A stretch of DNA of 64,000 nucleotides. Origin: the human T2T-CHM13v2.0 reference genome, Homo sapiens. Where the stretch lies: assembly GCF_009914755.1 (NCBI RefSeq), contig NC_060931.1; one strand, written 5' to 3'. Every line of letters starts with the position of its first letter. The stretch's first letter is position 1. The notes beneath the pieces are model-generated. The model worked only from the letters and a program-made list of their open reading frames with translations, ran no database searches and had not been told where the DNA came from. Below are positions 58,918-64,000 of this stretch, piece after piece. A program made the translations under genes and the position numbers.

Positions 58918-59178
58918 TAGGGTTGCCAGATTTAACAAGTAAATATAAATGACACTCAGTTAAATTTGAATTGCAGATAAACAACTATTTTTTAGGATAA
59001 AGTATGTCTCAAATATCACATAGGACATGGTTATACCAACCACAAATATTGCATGAGACACACTTGTACTAGTCACAAATATTATATGGGATATATGGGA
59101 TATAGTTATGCTAAAAAAAAGAATTATTTATTTGCAAATGTAACTGGGCATCATCCTGTATTTTATCTGGTAAGCTTA
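58918..59178. mobile_element. MER53 palindromic hAT MITE with an expanded centre
   Basis: tagggttgccagat...cagttaaatttgaatt left arm and aactgggcatcatcctgtattttatctggtaagctta right arm. Confidence 0.8.
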
Positions 59179-59581
59179 ATTATGGCAATTGAGCTACACT
59201 TCTTCTCTAGAAAACTCTTTGGTGGGTTTTGTAAGAGAGAAAGAAACTTTCACCTTATTTGAACAACTAGATTTGGGGAGACTCTTTGATACAAAAGCCC
59301 AATATATACCCTAATATACTGAGCAATAAAATAAGGTATTATGATCAACACAATTACTTGATAACCTATCAATCTTATATCGGATGTATTGTATTTACAT
59401 CTTATATCAGATGTAAATGTATTCCCTATCAGTGGAGAGTAATTATTGCTAATTTCAAGACCCTCTGGTCAGGTAACACAGAGAAAGAAGGAAAATGAAA
59501 AAGGTAGATTTAGCACTGAATATTTAGATTCTGAGTAAGACTTATTCCATGGCTGCTGTTTACCATCAAAACTTTTATTTG

Positions 59582-59908
<327 letters not shown>

Positions 59909-59915
59909 TTATTTG

Positions 59916-60257
<342 letters not shown>

Positions 60258-60261
60258 TTAC

Positions 60262-60325
60262 TCTGTATCCTTGGGCTATAAGGATCTTCTATTTTGAAAG
60301 CAGGATCTAAAGCACGAAATATCAC
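60262..60325 (-). CDS. LAMB1: LAMB1 exon 7 (64 nt), LN domain, [21 protein letters not shown]
   Basis: Acceptor TTTTTAG|GTG; donor AGA|GTAAGT. Confidence 0.97.
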
Positions 60326-60414
60326 CTAAAAATGGAAACAAGAGTAATTGGTACTTCTGCAATAATCAAAAAGTAGATTTGCAAGTAGAATGTAAAACAC
60401 AGAAGCAAACAAAC

Positions 60415-60603
60415 CTCTCCTTCAGTTGAGGGTTCAATGTCAGAATATCGAGAATCACAAATTATGTCATCGACTTTTTTCATGGGGCCAGTTGAAATGC
60501 CTGGAAACGAGGCCTCACAGTCATAGGCGAAGTATCTATACACACCCCAGGTTTTCCCAAAGTCGGACGATCGTTCTATCAGCATAGCAGCTGGACGGAA
60601 TGT
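60415..60603 (-). CDS. LAMB1: LAMB1 exon 6 (189 nt, phase 0-0), LN domain, TFRPAAML...PSTEGE
   Basis: Acceptor TTTAG|ACA; donor GAG|GTTTGT; contained in ORF 60322..60585. Confidence 0.97.
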
Positions 60604-61164
60604 CTAAAGGCAGGAGCAAAAATCTCATTTGATGTTTTTTATTGGTAGTCTCTACTTTTTTTAATCTCAGGTAAAAATGTCACTCAACTGCATGCCACAA
60701 ACTTGAACTGCATATGGTTTGTATTTCAGACTGTGGCTGGATTTCAAATAATTCAAGCTGTTCCACAGAGACTCTTCTTGCAAGGAAAGTGTCTAACCTC
60801 TAAAATGTATACTTTTCCCCACCCTACTGGATAAGTAAACTGTTTCTCTTTAGAAGCTGATTATAAACAGGCCTAAATAGCAAACACACTTTCGTATATT
60901 TAGTCACCATGTCCACTGTAATATGAGTGGCAAGTTTGAGTGCTCGTTCCTTCATTCGTTCATTTAATCATTCAATAAAGGTATGACTACCTCCTTAGTA
61001 TCAGCCAGTGGACTATATGTTGTATATGTTATACACAGTCCAATGAGGTGCAGATATGGGTGTCAATAATTTGCAATATGCTATGTCAAACACCATAGTA
61101 GGGTTGCACGCAATGTGCTTTGGAAAAGCAAGAGGAAGAAATTAATAACTCAAGAAGCTGGAAA

Positions 61165-62042
<878 letters not shown>

Positions 62043-62819
62043 AAACTGGATCTTAAAAGGGCAACAAGGTGTTTTCCAGGCAGTGGGTGGAGGCGGCTGC
62101 ACGTGGCAGAAGAGGTTGGTCGGGGCAGGTAAGAAGTTGCCATGCTAAGGGACTTACGTTTTTGCAAGGAAAAGAGAACACTAAAAAATTTAAGTGGACA
62201 AATGAAATGATCAGATTGCACTTTAGAAAAATAACTCTTGTGGTAGTTACTGGACATGGATGATACAAAACACAGGAAAACCAAGTGAAAGAAAAAAGAT
62301 GACGGTTTTAACCTGAGAAATTACAATGTAGATAGAAAGGGATGGAACTGACCACTCTGAAAATTTAGTGACAGAAGACTCTATTGAATTACACTTGGTG
62401 ATCAATTAGATTGTAGTGGAAAAGGCAGGGTGAGGAAAGAAATACAGGCACCTGAACTTGGGTAGCCAGGTAGATGTGTTGCCAATGACGACAACGTGGA
62501 AGAGGCGTGAAAGCATTTGGTTGTAGGCTAATTAGTCACATGTGTGATGTCCACTTGGAGACACCCATCAGACACTTGGAAAAAGTGGTCTGGCACTCAG
62601 CTGCAAGAATGGAGCTTGAAACATGAATTTGGGAGTCACTGCACACACATATTTGAAACCTCCAAGTATATGATGTCTCAAACAAAAAAAAAGAAAAAAG
62701 GAATGGGTAAGATAAAGAGAGCCTAAGTCTGTGCTCTAGAAAAACGTATCAACCAGGGGCTAGACAAGGAAAACAGAGTGGTGCCAGTACCCCTCATTAC
62801 ATTCTTTACTTTAACTCTC

Positions 62820-63200
62820 TATAATTTGGGCTGATTTGTGTGTCTGCAAGTTTCATATGCTGAAGACCTAACTCCATACTTCAGGTCACTAGATGTGGAG
62901 ATGGGCTCTTTAAAGAGGTGATTAAGGTTAAATGAGGTCATGAGGGTGGGCTGTAATCATATGTCTGGTGTCCTTATAAGAACAGATGAGGACACACACA
63001 TGCACAGAGGGAAGACCATGTGAAGACACAGGGAGAAGACAGCCATCCCGAACCAAGGAGAGAGGCCTCAGCAGAAACCAACCCTGCCAACACCATACCC
63101 TGAGATTCCTAGCCTATGGAACTGTGAGAAGACACATTTCTGTTGTTTAAGCCACCCAGTCCGTGACACTTTGTTATGGCATCCCTAGGAAACCAAGGCA
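62820..63200 (+). mobile_element. MaLR solo LTR (MLT1A/B-like)
   Basis: ctttaaagaggtgattaaggttaaatgaggtc, gtccttataagaa, tgttgtttaagccacccagt motifs. Confidence 0.85.
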
Positions 63201-64000
63201 CCCTCACAACACATTTGTCTGACAAATGAGAAAATTGAGGCTCGGAGACACTGACTTGCTAGTTACAGGCAGAGCTTAGATTCAAATCCATTCCTATCTT
63301 TCTCCCTCACTGGCTGAAGGCACAGAAGACTGAAAAATGAGTGTCAGAGGGAAAAGAGAAAAAAAGGCAGTCTTCTGAAACCAAGGCAGGAGGGAGATTT
63401 AGGAGGGTGTAGTGAACAGGGTCAACTGGAAGTAAAAGATGAAGCAGAAAGAGCGCTGAAAAATAGGCAAACAGGCAAAGGTTTTGACACTAACCAACAC
63501 AGTGATGCATTTTGGGGAATTGGAAGTCAGATTACAAGGGAAAAAGATCAAAGGAAATTTCAGCTGACCTAGAAAACAGAACCTAAATAAAGACACTTAC
63601 TTCCGAATTAAAACCAACGCTTGACAGAAATTTGGGTGAGGGTTAATGGTGAAAACTAGAAACATGCTTAGGCTTCCTTTAGCCCTCCTTAATAATCCTG
63701 CTGAGCTTTTTCTCTGATAAAAGATGTCAAGGATAAGAACATGGACAATTACATTTTGACAGATTCTTTGACTTATTCACTCACTAGCTGCTTAGGTTTA
63801 TTTTTCACCTACCCAGGAATATAAGAAAATGATACCGTATTCAACTCAAGAGAATATCAGCCTAAGAATTTTAAAGTAAGAGAGAAAAATCCCTAAGGAC
63901 TAACTGAACCATGTGTGCCACGTACCATGGCAAACTCCCCGTGAGAGCCTGGCTGGGAGGCTTGGGGAGAGGAAGAGAGGGGAAGGTCTAATCGGACTTC

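Overview
Primate (almost certainly human) genomic DNA lying entirely inside LAMB1 (laminin subunit beta 1), which runs on the minus strand. I traced 27 consecutive GT-AG coding exons from 60603 down to 382. They splice into one uninterrupted 4641-nt frame (1547 codons, about aa 142-1688). This covers most of the LN domain, LE1-5, the L4/IV-B domain, LE6-13, the coiled coil and the beta-knob. Exon numbers (6-32) and residue numbers come from my recollection of the 34-exon, 1786-aa human reference; the first five and last two exons lie outside the window. The introns are rich in Alus (several nested, three-armed or monomeric), DNA-transposon MITEs (MER2, MER5A, MER20-like, MER53, MER58, Tigger3a), MaLR LTRs and MIR/L2/L1 relics, and include a (GT)19 microsatellite and a 407-bp pure-pyrimidine repeat. 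I found no demonstrable new biological system. The best leads are testable RNA-processing hypotheses: a possible 24-nt in-frame microexon next to a cluster of three donor sites in intron 24; a possible cryptic exon built around the purine repeat in intron 9, whose frame would depend on repeat length; two intronic stop plus AATAAA arrangements that could give LaNt-like secreted short forms; and inverted Alu pairs around exons 21-22, whose junction splits the YIGSR motif. The haplotype carries Arg at codon 1022.
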